Positions 32,200 through 42,947 of a stretch of DNA of 64,000 nucleotides are shown in pieces. Each line of letters begins with the position of its first letter. The stretch's first letter is position 1. The notes below the pieces were generated by a model. It saw only the letters and a program-made list of their open reading frames with translations. It was not told where the DNA came from and searched no databases. A program made the translations under genes and the position numbers. Source of the DNA: a virus; the IMG/VR virus record IMGVR_UViG_3300032093_000099, positions 4,102 to 68,101 of that record, one strand, 5' to 3'.

Positions 32200-35100
32200 A
32201 TGCTAACACTACAGAACTTACTTGAAAGCGATAGTCTATCGACAATCATTGCCAAGTTAAACAATAACTTTCAAGTTATTTCACTATCAGGCGGAGGTCC
32301 TCAGGGAATACGCGGTGATCAAGGCATACCCGGACTTCCGGGTCGTATTGGAGCGACAGGACCATCAGGAGCAGTCGGACCAACGGGTCTAAGCGCATAC
32401 ATGATTCCGTTTGCAACGGGAACGAGCGGAACTACAGGTCCTTCTACCATCGCAGGACCTTGGCCAGTAGCATCTTTAGGATATCTAGAAAGTACGATTG
32501 GAACTGGAACAACGGGTGACATATACATCGATCACTTTAATCGTGGATATTGGATGTACTTGTCAGCCGCAGACGGTACAGGTCAATACTCAGACGTAGG
32601 ACCTTCATACCCTCCTACCGGCACAGGTTATTTTGGCGGGGCTGGATGGTATTTCTATCCACAGCAAGAAGAACAAAATCTTACGGATGTTTGGACATAT
32701 GATTATTCCACTTATCTTACTTCGCCTCCGTACGAGACTGGCCCTTTTGACGAGTCTTCATCGCCTCTCAAAATACCTAATGCCAGGTTCAACAGTAAAT
32801 ACGGAACAATATGGGTCTCTGCAGGAAACTCGGGTTCGACTGGGTCCAAAGAATATGAAACTTCATCAATCGAAAGTTGGGGACAAGACTATGGTAATCC
32901 TGCTCTTCCTTACCCACAACCGGGAAGGTGGAACGCTGGTGTTGATCGCTTGATGTTCAAATTTAGTTTGGATTCACTGCCGTATCACAGTATTGTAAAT
33001 GCTAGAGGAGTTACTGGCCTAAACACACAAGCAAATACAGAGAACACATCTTATCCAGAAGTTGGCATCATTCCTATCGCAGGCGATGGCTACTGGGTAA
33101 AACCTATCTATGATACTCCTCTTGACGACTACACACCTCTTTTCTTTTGGTCAGAACTTCGCCCGACCAGTGGAGTAGGTGATGAAAGATACAGTACTCT
33201 TGGACTTTATCAATACACAGCAACCCTGGCAACTCCTTACGGCGGCGGTGCCGGTGTTACTGCTGGATCAACCGCAGGATCGATATTTCCACTTGACACT
33301 AAGTCACTGTTCGTTTTATCAACAAGACTTGCCCCTACGCCTGAAGACTATGATCAGATGGCAGGCGGCGCTGGCATAACAAACCAAAGAACGATCAACT
33401 TAGCCGAACTTGTGCTTGACGTCAAGTCTCTGACCACGTCAAATCAGGTAGTCTGCGCTCTGCCTCAGGATCTTGTTCTTTCTTCTGACTATGTCAACAC
33501 AGGCGACAATACATACCGTGAAGCATCAGGTTCTTATCCGAACCGAGTCTTTCAAGGATTCATATCAGCAGCAAACGGCAAGAACGTAGGAGGAAACATC
33601 ACTCTGGCCAACTACCTAGATTTTGGTGCAGGTGTTGGAACCGAAGGTACTTTCCCTGACATGCCTCTAAACGGAAACCAAACAAGAAGAAGTTGGTACG
33701 GTTCTGGCTTTAGGTTTGATGATGTATCAACATGGTCACAAAACTCTTCAGATCCTCTTTCCGAAGGATATGCAAGATTGGCGGGTATGACAGAACGCGG
33801 TAAGAAAACTTGGAACACATCAAACGACGATACATACTTCTTGAGTGAACTCATACTCTATGCTTCTCAGTTTAAGATAGACGGAGCAGTCGCAGGAACT
33901 GGTCACAACATATCAAGCCAAGATCTAAACTCTGCAACCAACCAACAAAGAAGCTTGCCCGTCTTGTATGTTTCTCCTTTCAGAAACATCGGTATTGGGA
34001 CATTCACTCAAGACGACACTGGTGTTTGGGAGCCTCTTGCGAAATTACATTCGCACGTCAATCCAAAAGGCCTCACTGCATCGATAAATGACCCATCGAA
34101 CATATGGTTCTCACTGGGCGCTTCTCTTACAGATCCGCTTAACGTCAACAATGAAGTTTCAAAAGCGGCTCTGTTTAGTTCATCGACCACAGGCACGAAC
34201 AACCAAGGGTTTATCGACATATACTTAGGTAGAGTCGTTGAACCTACATATGAAAGCGCCAATCCGTATTCTAGCGGAAGTACTCCTGTTTCTTCGCCTA
34301 CTTCTGAAATGCACATTGCATTTCGTAGAGAAGGATGGTACAATAGCAATCTTGATTCTTTAAGAATCGGAGTATCGCCTGCGACTGGAACCAACATAGG
34401 TTCTGGCCTAACTGCTTACAGAAATGAATTCCAACTGGCTTTGCATCCTCTAAACAATGAAGCCAATGATTCAAGCAACACTGGAACAGCAATAACAGGC
34501 TTTGGTGTTCATAACCTTTGGCCACGTACTCGTTTCCACGCATTCGGAAAAAACAAATACAACGAAGCTGATCGCGGAGAAACCGACAACGATACAATCT
34601 ATCCTGGGTTTGCGTATGCTGCACAAGGAAGCATAGGAAGTTCTTACCCTTACTATCAAGCAAGTTATCGCTCTAACACGCAAGTTATTACCGACTTTAT
34701 CGGCGATTCTTATCTTTATCCAGCAGGTATTCTTGAGTATGCTTACACATCTCTGGGCGGTTCACCAACCGCAGGTGTAGGTACCGCAAGTCTTGGTCTT
34801 TACTCAACCAACTCTGCAAACTATCCAACTCGCGAAAAGATCTCTCCGACACGACACATCATACCTTACGGCAACACTGGAAGTAACGGTGCTCTTTACG
34901 CTGCTTACTATAGCGATGACTTGACCGGCATAACAGCATCAACTGGAGCATTCAATGGAGCTCATAGACACGGTGGAACAGGTGCTGCTGCTTTTAAACC
35001 GGTTCACTACCAAGGTTTCAACCTGTTCAGAGACTTAATGAACAAAGGAGACGACAAAGATTCTACTACTACATGGATCGCAGGTACCGACGGTGGCAGA

Positions 35101-37860
35101 GAAAACGGTGGTTCGGCAATTCTTACGAATGCTGAAGGTGACTTTGCAATATCATCGATCAAATCAGGAAGAAGCGGAGGTGATTCATACGCATATTGGG
35201 AACAAAGACTTAGCACAAGAGACATTCTCAACAACATAAAAGTTATCATCAAGAAAGACGGCAGTGTAGGATTTGGAAATGCTGCTGGATATGATGACGA
35301 TGCGTATTCATCACAAGAAAGAAACATAAACACCGGATATCTAAACTATGTCCCAGGTAGGTCAGTCGCAAACGGTTTAACCGCGGTACCTTCAACAGCA
35401 GGTGCTTCAGCCGGTCATAACATCAGCTACTACTCTAACACTGGTGCTTACGGTCTGGTCTTATACACGGGAGTATCTGGTACATTCACTGAAACAGCTT
35501 CTTCGAGTAGCGCATCGAGAATCAATTCAAATGCGACTACTGCTGACACATTTAGAGCTGAGTTTGCAGCAGAAAAACTTCACGGTCGTCCTGGTAGAAC
35601 TATTCAGAACGGCGGTTGGGGATATCCTTACAACGGAAGTGCCATTGGTATCACAGGGCAATCTTCTGTTACCAAATACGTCGTACTTCAGAATCCTGCA
35701 AACGATACATACTTAAGCAGCTTCAACTTTACAACCGATATTGAAGGAAGAATAACATCAGCAGCGGTTAAATTCGTAGCAAGTCCTATCGGTACAACCG
35801 CCGGACTTATAGGAACGGATTTGATTAAAGATATCATATTCCCACACCCAACAGAATTTGAGACAGGCGCTCCTCTTGCTTCTTCTCTCTCATTCTCGTA
35901 TAACACGCCTGTAGGAGCCGCGGCTGCTGCTTGGGGTGGTACTGGAACTTGGGACGGTGTTCAACTAACAGTAACTCTAAACTTTGAAGCTGACCCGCTG
36001 ATATTAGGCAACGTACGCCTAAACAACTTTGTTGCCGGTGAAGGTCTTGGTCTTTCTGGAATGAATGCTAACTCAGCGGACTCACAGACAGTCAAAGCAG
36101 CCCGCCAACAATCTCCTAAGCTCGTATTCACATTCTTGGAAGGCGATTCTACCAAAATACCCGGAGATACTTCAGCAACTCGTCCTATCACTAACACCTC
36201 CGCATACAGAAAAGTCAACACCGTTCTTGCTTCTGCGCAGAATGAATCTGCTCTTCGTGAGTATTGGATTCCTAAAGCGGACAACACCGGAGGCACGTTC
36301 ATGGTCTTCACTGACCACTATGGACAAAAAGAAAAAGACAGCGGGTTCGATACATCAACGATTGATGTTGATAACTTTGTTCTTGATGAAGTGGTTACAC
36401 TAGAATTTATATACGGCTACACTGGAGTTTCTGCTGTACAAACCGGTGTTCGTGGAATTACCGGAGCAACATCAAACGCGTTAGGAGCGCAAGGAGGACA
36501 AGCAGTAGTAGGAGGGGGAACGGGTTACTGGCCCGCGCACGTTCTCTATCGCAATCGCGTAACTACCGACAACTACTGGCCTTCGTTTGGCTACACGGGT
36601 ACTAATGATGACCCTCTATTCTCTGACACAGAATACGCTAAGTTGTACGCCGTAGGACCGGTGGCAACCGGTGACATGTCATGGACTTCATCTGGCCCAA
36701 TACCGACTGACGGTGCTACCGCTTCAACGATGTTAAGAAACATCGATAAATTCTACAGCATATACCAAGGTTCAACAATCAACTACGACGGCGGCTTTGG
36801 TGATCCAAACTTCCAAAGCAAGGCTTCTGAAGTTAGGTTTAAGCGTATCAATAGTGAATTCGCATTGATCGACTTTAACATAACAATAGCAGTAAGAAAC
36901 CCAAATCTACAAAACGGAATTGCACCCGGAGACGTAGGAAACTCAGCTGTTACAGAAAACCAATCAGAATTGATTGACCGCGGGTCTCCAAGATGGACAC
37001 AGTTTATACGAATGAAGTACTTTCCGTCGGCAAACGATCCTACCAATAGAACAAGAAATCAGTTCTTGTATGATTTGTTCGGCAACGGACTAGCGTTTAG
37101 CAACTGGAGCTCTTATAAGAACTGGTACCCAGGGTGGGCTGTAGTAGGAGATGACAATTCGACAGGATCCTATCAAATGACAAGGACCGGAGATTCTTAT
37201 TACATGTCAAATAATGGACAATCAGGATCCCTCGCCCAGAATTATTTCAATAGGTGGAACGGAAATCTTATCAACTACGGTATGGGTTGGAACTACAGAA
37301 CTGACGTGTGTCCTACCGTTTATTACTTACCGCAGGCTTCAGCATACCAAACAGGCGGTTCACCCGAAGTATTTACCTGGTCAATGGTAGGCCCGAATTC
37401 CAAAGACAAATTCGTGTGGTCGCAATCGATTAAGTTGGTTAACGATGTAACATGCCTTCCTTCAGCAGATGACCACCGACAAGCGTTCTTCCAAACATAT
37501 CTAGGAGCCACTTTCCAATTGATGGGCAACCGCGCATTTAGTAGAAATCGTTCATGTTCTTGGAGAATCATACCTCAATTTGGCAACTATTCCAACGATT
37601 TGACCCCAGGAGAAATTGCTTCATCAGGATCAATAAACAGAAACTCTTTCCTAATTGAGGTAATGTTTGATGATCCGATCATGCACCATGACACGCCTTT
37701 AAGACAAGCAATGTTCAACAGCTCCGTTGCAAATTCAACGACAGGAACTGGGACTTTCTACAAATATCTGACAGTCAGTGGGCAATCAATCGTAAGGTAT
37801 TCAAACGATTATACTTATTCTTGGAGTACAGCTCCTGGACCAGGACCGGAAGGAGGATAA
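32200..37860 (+). CDS. tail fibre-like protein with collagen-like repeat
   Basis: GPQGIRGDQGIPGLPGRIGATGPSGAVGPTG; N-terminal LLESDS...LNNNF module; NIGIGT...PLAKLH and GSVGFG fibre-like motifs. Confidence 0.7.
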   Translation: MLTLQNLLESDSLSTIIAKLNNNFQVISLSGGGPQGIRGDQGIPGLPGRIGATGPSGAVGPTGLSAYMIPFATGTSGTTGPSTIAGPWPVASLGYLESTIGTGTTGDIYIDHFNRGYWMYLSAADGTGQYSDVGPSYPPTGTGYFGGAGWYFYPQQEEQNLTDVWTYDYSTYLTSPPYETGPFDESSSPLKIPNARFNSKYGTIWVSAGNSGSTGSKEYETSSIESWGQDYGNPALPYPQPGRWNAGVDRLMFKFSLDSLPYHSIVNARGVTGLNTQANTENTSYPEVGIIPIAGDGYWVKPIYDTPLDDYTPLFFWSELRPTSGVGDERYSTLGLYQYTATLATPYGGGAGVTAGSTAGSIFPLDTKSLFVLSTRLAPTPEDYDQMAGGAGITNQRTINLAELVLDVKSLTTSNQVVCALPQDLVLSSDYVNTGDNTYREASGSYPNRVFQGFISAANGKNVGGNITLANYLDFGAGVGTEGTFPDMPLNGNQTRRSWYGSGFRFDDVSTWSQNSSDPLSEGYARLAGMTERGKKTWNTSNDDTYFLSELILYASQFKIDGAVAGTGHNISSQDLNSATNQQRSLPVLYVSPFRNIGIGTFTQDDTGVWEPLAKLHSHVNPKGLTASINDPSNIWFSLGASLTDPLNVNNEVSKAALFSSSTTGTNNQGFIDIYLGRVVEPTYESANPYSSGSTPVSSPTSEMHIAFRREGWYNSNLDSLRIGVSPATGTNIGSGLTAYRNEFQLALHPLNNEANDSSNTGTAITGFGVHNLWPRTRFHAFGKNKYNEADRGETDNDTIYPGFAYAAQGSIGSSYPYYQASYRSNTQVITDFIGDSYLYPAGILEYAYTSLGGSPTAGVGTASLGLYSTNSANYPTREKISPTRHIIPYGNTGSNGALYAAYYSDDLTGITASTGAFNGAHRHGGTGAAAFKPVHYQGFNLFRDLMNKGDDKDSTTTWIAGTDGGRENGGSAILTNAEGDFAISSIKSGRSGGDSYAYWEQRLSTRDILNNIKVIIKKDGSVGFGNAAGYDDDAYSSQERNINTGYLNYVPGRSVANGLTAVPSTAGASAGHNISYYSNTGAYGLVLYTGVSGTFTETASSSSASRINSNATTADTFRAEFAAEKLHGRPGRTIQNGGWGYPYNGSAIGITGQSSVTKYVVLQNPANDTYLSSFNFTTDIEGRITSAAVKFVASPIGTTAGLIGTDLIKDIIFPHPTEFETGAPLASSLSFSYNTPVGAAAAAWGGTGTWDGVQLTVTLNFEADPLILGNVRLNNFVAGEGLGLSGMNANSADSQTVKAARQQSPKLVFTFLEGDSTKIPGDTSATRPITNTSAYRKVNTVLASAQNESALREYWIPKADNTGGTFMVFTDHYGQKEKDSGFDTSTIDVDNFVLDEVVTLEFIYGYTGVSAVQTGVRGITGATSNALGAQGGQAVVGGGTGYWPAHVLYRNRVTTDNYWPSFGYTGTNDDPLFSDTEYAKLYAVGPVATGDMSWTSSGPIPTDGATASTMLRNIDKFYSIYQGSTINYDGGFGDPNFQSKASEVRFKRINSEFALIDFNITIAVRNPNLQNGIAPGDVGNSAVTENQSELIDRGSPRWTQFIRMKYFPSANDPTNRTRNQFLYDLFGNGLAFSNWSSYKNWYPGWAVVGDDNSTGSYQMTRTGDSYYMSNNGQSGSLAQNYFNRWNGNLINYGMGWNYRTDVCPTVYYLPQASAYQTGGSPEVFTWSMVGPNSKDKFVWSQSIKLVNDVTCLPSADDHRQAFFQTYLGATFQLMGNRAFSRNRSCSWRIIPQFGNYSNDLTPGEIASSGSINRNSFLIEVMFDDPIMHHDTPLRQAMFNSSVANSTTGTGTFYKYLTVSGQSIVRYSNDYTYSWSTAPGPGPEGG

Positions 37861-37873
37861 AAATAATCAAACT

Positions 37874-38290
37874 ATGAAAGACATCAAGAACATACTAATC
37901 GTAGTACTCCTGGCCGGATGTATGATATTCGGCTACATGTGGTTCTTTAGGAACGACAGCGGGTACAAGCAAAAGATCAAAGATCTAGAGAAAGAAAAGA
38001 AAGAGCTGATCGTTGCCAGAGAAAAACTGGAGAAAGACGTAACCGTTCTTGAAAAGAACTTTCAAGATCTCAAAAAGAGAGAAGATGCTTTGGTCGCTGA
38101 CATATCAAGAAGAGACGCAGAAATTCGTCGCCGCAAAGAAGAAGCGGCAAGATCAAAAGCAGAACTCGACAATATGAAAAAGGGTCTTAAAGAAACACAG
38201 GACAAGATCGTTGAGCTTAAGAAGAACCCGCCCAATCGCACGGGTGATGACCTACTCAATTCTTTGAAAATGAAAACGCAAAAGTTATGA
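37874..38290 (+). CDS. i-spanin-like membrane coiled-coil protein
   Basis: N-terminal hydrophobic helix followed by a long coiled coil. Confidence 0.5.
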   Translation: MKDIKNILIVVLLAGCMIFGYMWFFRNDSGYKQKIKDLEKEKKELIVAREKLEKDVTVLEKNFQDLKKREDALVADISRRDAEIRRRKEEAARSKAELDNMKKGLKETQDKIVELKKNPPNRTGDDLLNSLKMKTQKL

Positions 38291-38778
38291 AAAAATTATT
38301 GATCACTTTGCTCTTTCTGCTGAGCATGAACGTTTATGCTCAAGTGGAATATCCTCGATATGAAAAAGATTCATCAGGTCAGACCATCGTTCTGCTTACG
38401 CTGGAACAAGCACAAGCTCTTGACAACTCAACCGACTTGCTGGCTCTTTTCGAGAAACTCAACAGTCAGATCACAAACTACGACAGCGTTTGCATCAAGG
38501 TGGTTGCCGACAAAGACAAAGTGATATCAGAGCAGACTGTGCAGATCAGCAAGCTCAAGGAGAATCTTAAGATCAAAGACCAACAGATCGCCAACTTACA
38601 AGCAACAATCACTAAGAAAGATGAAGTCATAGAGAATCTTAAGAAAGAAGTCAAGAACGGTGAAGAAACTGTCGCAGCCAACAAATCAGAGATCAAAAGA
38701 CTCAAAGGCAAGATGGTCTTGGGTGGATCGTTGGGCGGAATTGCCATCGTAGGACTGATACTAGGAATCTTACTATAA
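38287..38778 (+). CDS. secreted coiled-coil protein with C-terminal TM (spanin-like partner)
   Basis: Signal peptide ending VYA-Q, coiled coil, C-terminal GGSLGGIAIVGLILGILL; overlaps the upstream gene. Confidence 0.5.
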   Translation: MKKLLITLLFLLSMNVYAQVEYPRYEKDSSGQTIVLLTLEQAQALDNSTDLLALFEKLNSQITNYDSVCIKVVADKDKVISEQTVQISKLKENLKIKDQQIANLQATITKKDEVIENLKKEVKNGEETVAANKSEIKRLKGKMVLGGSLGGIAIVGLILGILL

Positions 38779-38792
38779 AATAAAAAAGTCAA

Positions 38793-40967
38793 ATGCCAGC
38801 TACTTCGCAGTACATACAGATAACCGACTATGCCCTGGTCGAGTACATCTATACGGATGAAACGATCACCACGACCCAGGCAAGATGTCTTAGACTGCAG
38901 AATAAGTACACCAACACTTATCAGTTCTTGAACAACGCGCAAGCGTTCAAAAGAACAGCCAACATTCTTGACAATTCTGCCAGCAGACTGGGAACAGACG
39001 CAAAGGTCTGGGCGTACCACGATATTGATTCACCGGTGCCCATCATACAGCAGGACAACAACTTTGTCTTGACCGATGTTACCGCTAACCTCCTATCAAA
39101 CCAGAATTACGACACTGTCCGAGTTCACTTCTTGGCGGGCTACACATTTCCTGGCCTCGACGGAGTAATTACCGAGATACAGTTCAACGAATGGACCGCG
39201 ACGGGTCTTAACCCACGCCCTTTCACAGCAGCTGCCAATGTATACCTTAAGAGTGAGCCCAACGTAACTTTCTCGACGAATCCGATATTCATTGCCGATC
39301 GCTACTTTGATCGCTACATCGAGTTTAAGATTCCTTCGCTCTATAGCGTAAACCTTGACTTCTGGACTTCACCGACTGCTACGAATACGATCGGCTACCA
39401 ATATACATTCGGAAATGTTGGTTTCTTACAAGGATCACAGATCAGCATCAACCTTTACGAGATCAACTCGATAACCGAATCAAACGGGAATCGTTACCTC
39501 AATACCGGCACTACTTGGAATTCTTCTGTTAACCAACAAGATGAATACTCTTTCGTGGGTGCGGTCGTCAAGGAAAACTCTGAATACGACTTCATAGAAT
39601 ACTATCCTACTTTCCAAGGAGGCTACATTGAAGACTACATAAACTTGCTCAACGAAACGGGTCAGTGGGTCGTCATCAATCAATTGACCGTTTACGAACA
39701 AGTAGGAACCAACTTCATCAAGACGTCTGATGTCACGATCCTTCAAGAAGAAAATTTCGACCAGCCTTCGGTTTATCGTCCAGTTCTTAGAAACGCGGCA
39801 GCAGTCTATTCCTATTCGATAGAGTACATAATGCGCCTGGTAAACAAGGTAAGCAACAAAGAAATTGTTCGCAGGTCGACTTTCTCATCAACAGACGTCA
39901 AGAAGTACGGCTATCAGTTGGAGAGAATCAATGCTCTCGAAGGATTCCGTCCTATCAAAGTTTACAACAAGATCGTCAAGACCGATGAATCACCAGCGCC
40001 CAGTGTTTCTTTTGGGACTCCTAGAATTGTAACGCAGGTAAGATACGTAAACAACTACTTTGACGTAAACTACATTTCGGTGGATTCCACCACAGAAATC
40101 GACTCTACCGAGATCGGACAGATAGTCTATCCTCAAGGCACGAACGTTTTCTACATGAACCCGTTCGACAACTTTGTCAAGTTTAAGATCTTTACCAAAT
40201 CAAAAGATAAGAAACAGAATGTAACTCTGGATCTTGCGTCAAACGGCATGGACATCAAACTCAGCTTTGTGTTTGACGATAAGTCACAGATATTCTTGGA
40301 TCCTGTCCAAGACATCACAGTGGCAAACCCAGGATCTGGCGAGATATTGTTTAAAGTCGATAGCGAGACAGCAGTCAAATTGCTAGGCGGAAGCGCCAGA
40401 AGTTACTTCTTGGTAAACAAAACAGCAGAAGGAAACGATGTACTAATGTACACTGGCAAATTCGAGAGTGTAGAACTGAGAAAATCTTCGGAGACTGCTG
40501 TACAACAAAACCAATTGATTGTTTCGCAACTCGAAAGCAAGATAAACGATCTTAAGAAAATTCAAGAAAATCTTACGGTCTCTATCACAGCGCCAGAGAC
40601 AGCTGCTGGTGTGACTGGCGCAACCGGCGCAACTGGTGCAACAGGAGGCTCTCCTGCGACAAATGTTGCCGAAGAACAAGCAGCCATCAATGCAGCCAGC
40701 ACAGCGGAAGGCATCGTCACCGTCACAACAGAATCCGCGGGCATCAGTGAAGCAATCACCGAGGCTGCTGGATCAACCAAACCGGTGAAGATCAACATTC
40801 CAGAAGTTCCTGGTGTAACATCTTCTTTGGAGTCAGTAAACTGGTCCAAAGTTCTTCCTAAAGTAGAGAATCCTTCAGGGGGTCCTATATCTGTGAAGGT
40901 TAGAAAACCCAACGATGCGACAGGCATGAACCCCGACGGCAGTCCAAACTTTGACACAATGCAATGA
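38793..40967 (+). CDS. putative structural protein
   Basis: 724 aa; TGATGATGATG low-complexity tail. Confidence 0.55.
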   Translation: MPATSQYIQITDYALVEYIYTDETITTTQARCLRLQNKYTNTYQFLNNAQAFKRTANILDNSASRLGTDAKVWAYHDIDSPVPIIQQDNNFVLTDVTANLLSNQNYDTVRVHFLAGYTFPGLDGVITEIQFNEWTATGLNPRPFTAAANVYLKSEPNVTFSTNPIFIADRYFDRYIEFKIPSLYSVNLDFWTSPTATNTIGYQYTFGNVGFLQGSQISINLYEINSITESNGNRYLNTGTTWNSSVNQQDEYSFVGAVVKENSEYDFIEYYPTFQGGYIEDYINLLNETGQWVVINQLTVYEQVGTNFIKTSDVTILQEENFDQPSVYRPVLRNAAAVYSYSIEYIMRLVNKVSNKEIVRRSTFSSTDVKKYGYQLERINALEGFRPIKVYNKIVKTDESPAPSVSFGTPRIVTQVRYVNNYFDVNYISVDSTTEIDSTEIGQIVYPQGTNVFYMNPFDNFVKFKIFTKSKDKKQNVTLDLASNGMDIKLSFVFDDKSQIFLDPVQDITVANPGSGEILFKVDSETAVKLLGGSARSYFLVNKTAEGNDVLMYTGKFESVELRKSSETAVQQNQLIVSQLESKINDLKKIQENLTVSITAPETAAGVTGATGATGATGGSPATNVAEEQAAINAASTAEGIVTVTTESAGISEAITEAAGSTKPVKINIPEVPGVTSSLESVNWSKVLPKVENPSGGPISVKVRKPNDATGMNPDGSPNFDTMQ

Positions 40968-41509
40968 TTCTAAATAGCAGAAACAACAACTTCATAGTCA
41001 GGTTCCAGAAGAACTTCTTCTACCCTGAGTTGGTCGCAAAATACGAGACTTACATAAAGAGGCTGCCGATTCCTTACGAAAATCTGCAGGACTATATGAC
41101 GGCCGGAATACAAGCGATATCTTTTCCGTCTCTGAATGCAGAGACCGTGGAACAGACTCTGTACGAAGATCCTATCAAAGCAAAAGGTGGTCTTAGACCT
41201 ATCTATTGGTTGGACCGCAACTTCACGATAACTTTTAAGTCTTATGAGGGATATATAAACTACTGGGTAATGTTCGACCTGTTCTTTGACTATTACAACT
41301 TAGACCAAAAGAACAAGTACCTGGGAGACGTTACGATAACGTTCTTGGACCAAACGGGATTTGAATTTATAGCCGTAGAGCTTCAACAGGTAACATACAC
41401 AGGCCTGTCAGAACTCGAGCTGAACTATTCATCGAACACCGCAGAGTTCAAAAACTTTACCGCAAACTTTGGCTACAACTACATAAACATAAAGAAACGA
41501 CTTGGCTAA
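40964..41509 (+). CDS. tail tube / tube-junction protein (gp19-like fold)
   Basis: IQAISFPS, FTITF, YW.MFD, VTITFLD, LSELELNYSSNTAEFKNFTANFGY. Confidence 0.6.
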   Translation: MILNSRNNNFIVRFQKNFFYPELVAKYETYIKRLPIPYENLQDYMTAGIQAISFPSLNAETVEQTLYEDPIKAKGGLRPIYWLDRNFTITFKSYEGYINYWVMFDLFFDYYNLDQKNKYLGDVTITFLDQTGFEFIAVELQQVTYTGLSELELNYSSNTAEFKNFTANFGYNYINIKKRLG

Positions 41510-41510
41510 C

Positions 41511-41837
41511 ATGAAATCATTCAAAGAGTTTAGAAACCCACCTAAAATGGAAAAGCTCGAAGTATATGAGCTTGATGAGGAACAACTCAAAGAAGTCGAT
41601 GCGCTAGAAAGTAAACTTTACGCAATCGTAGAAAAAGAAGGGATTGCTGGTTTAGAAAAAGCAATCAACGAAGGATTCTTTGGAGCAGCCTTGGGTTTCT
41701 TAATTGGTCCTTCTATAGGAAAAGTAATCGCAAGAGCCCTTGGTGTGGAGAAAGGCATCTTGTATGATATGTTCACTTCACGTCTGGTGTCGGCTGCCTT
41801 GGGCAACGCAATCCAGAACAATCCCGGAAAGAAATAA
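41511..41837 (+). CDS. small protein with capsid-targeting-like N-terminus
   Basis: MKSFKEF (T4 IPI begins MKTFKEF); internal AINE-G; hydrophobic Gly-rich helix. Confidence 0.6.
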   Translation: MKSFKEFRNPPKMEKLEVYELDEEQLKEVDALESKLYAIVEKEGIAGLEKAINEGFFGAALGFLIGPSIGKVIARALGVEKGILYDMFTSRLVSAALGNAIQNNPGKK

Positions 41838-42470
41838 ATGATATTAGGAATAGACTTTTCAATTAAGTCTGCCGCTGCCACCCTAAAGTCAGGTGACGCT
41901 TACACTTTTTATTCTTACGCAAGAAAAGGCGTAGTCAAAGAAGACACAAAGATTGCGTTCGCAGCAGCGGGAGTTCAAATCTTCGAATCTGAAGAAGAGC
42001 CATCACCCGCCAAGAAAGCATCGATAGCAGAAAGAGAAAGAGCATCTGTCAAAGACGCACTTAAGCTCATACCCAAGATCACAGAATGTTTCACTGACTT
42101 ACCTATAGACCGTTGGGCGATTGAAGGTTTTTCTTTTGCATCTACAGGAAATCGCCTGGCACAGATTAGCGGATACCAATGGGTGCTAAGATGGGAGTTA
42201 ATCAGGGGAGGTCTTAACATCGATTCATTTTACATTTACTCTCCCATGACCGTTAAAGCAACGGCAGGAAAAGGCAATTTTAAGAAAGAACAGATGATCG
42301 AAGCATTCATGCAGTCAGACGATCCGATTCTTCAGAACTGCGGTCTCTACAAAGCCCTCAACACAGACCCTACTTTATTCCAGACCAAAAGAGGTGTTTG
42401 GCTTAAACCACTCGATGACGTGGTGGATTCTTATTGGATCATGAAGACCGTTGAGGCTCAGATCACATAG
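41838..42470 (+). CDS. RuvC-like Holliday junction resolvase
   Basis: ILGIDFS, AIEGFSF, VK...GKGNFKKEQM, DDVVDSY. Confidence 0.75.
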   Translation: MILGIDFSIKSAAATLKSGDAYTFYSYARKGVVKEDTKIAFAAAGVQIFESEEEPSPAKKASIAERERASVKDALKLIPKITECFTDLPIDRWAIEGFSFASTGNRLAQISGYQWVLRWELIRGGLNIDSFYIYSPMTVKATAGKGNFKKEQMIEAFMQSDDPILQNCGLYKALNTDPTLFQTKRGVWLKPLDDVVDSYWIMKTVEAQIT

Positions 42471-42472
42471 GA

Positions 42473-42505
42473 ATAGGGCTCATTGTTCCACGAAAATGAG
42501 CCTAT
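42473..42505. terminator. intergenic inverted repeat (possible terminator/regulatory hairpin)
   Basis: GGCTCATT-N10-AATGAGCC, extendable with one bulge; no clear U-tract. Confidence 0.4.
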
Positions 42506-42589
42506 AAGAACTATCGAATGATCCGAGTATAAAATAAGTGGTATCTATATACATAAATTGATATTCATTCTAAGGACATCTAAATAATC

Positions 42590-42868
42590 ATGGAAAACAA
42601 TAGCAAATTACTACCAGAAGAAATCGAACATATGAACAATTTGGTAGAGAAGTACAGAACAGTGTACACACAAGCAGTTCGTCTGGGAAAACAGATCGAA
42701 GACCTTCAAGGCGAGATGTTGAAAGTGACGGCAATCATGAACAACATTTCCAATCAAGAAAACGACTTTTACAAAGAGGTCGGCGACAGGTTGGACTTAC
42801 CCGTTGAAGAAGCAAGAAAGCTGATTCTCGAAGAAATTCAAAACAATATGAACCAAATGCAAAACTAA
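42590..42868 (+). CDS. coiled-coil hypothetical protein
   Basis: 92-aa ORF with an A-rich leader. Confidence 0.6.
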   Translation: MENNSKLLPEEIEHMNNLVEKYRTVYTQAVRLGKQIEDLQGEMLKVTAIMNNISNQENDFYKEVGDRLDLPVEEARKLILEEIQNNMNQMQN

Positions 42869-42947
42869 TTTATCCTATGTGAATATATAAATCGATTCTT
42901 AAAGGCGCCTAAAGAACTCAAAAACAACTAAACAAATCTAAAGTAAA

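Noticed and set aside
40605-40650. GCAACCGGC/GCAACTGGT repeats as a DNA element
   Set aside because: Explained by a TGATGATGATG peptide repeat with varied codons.
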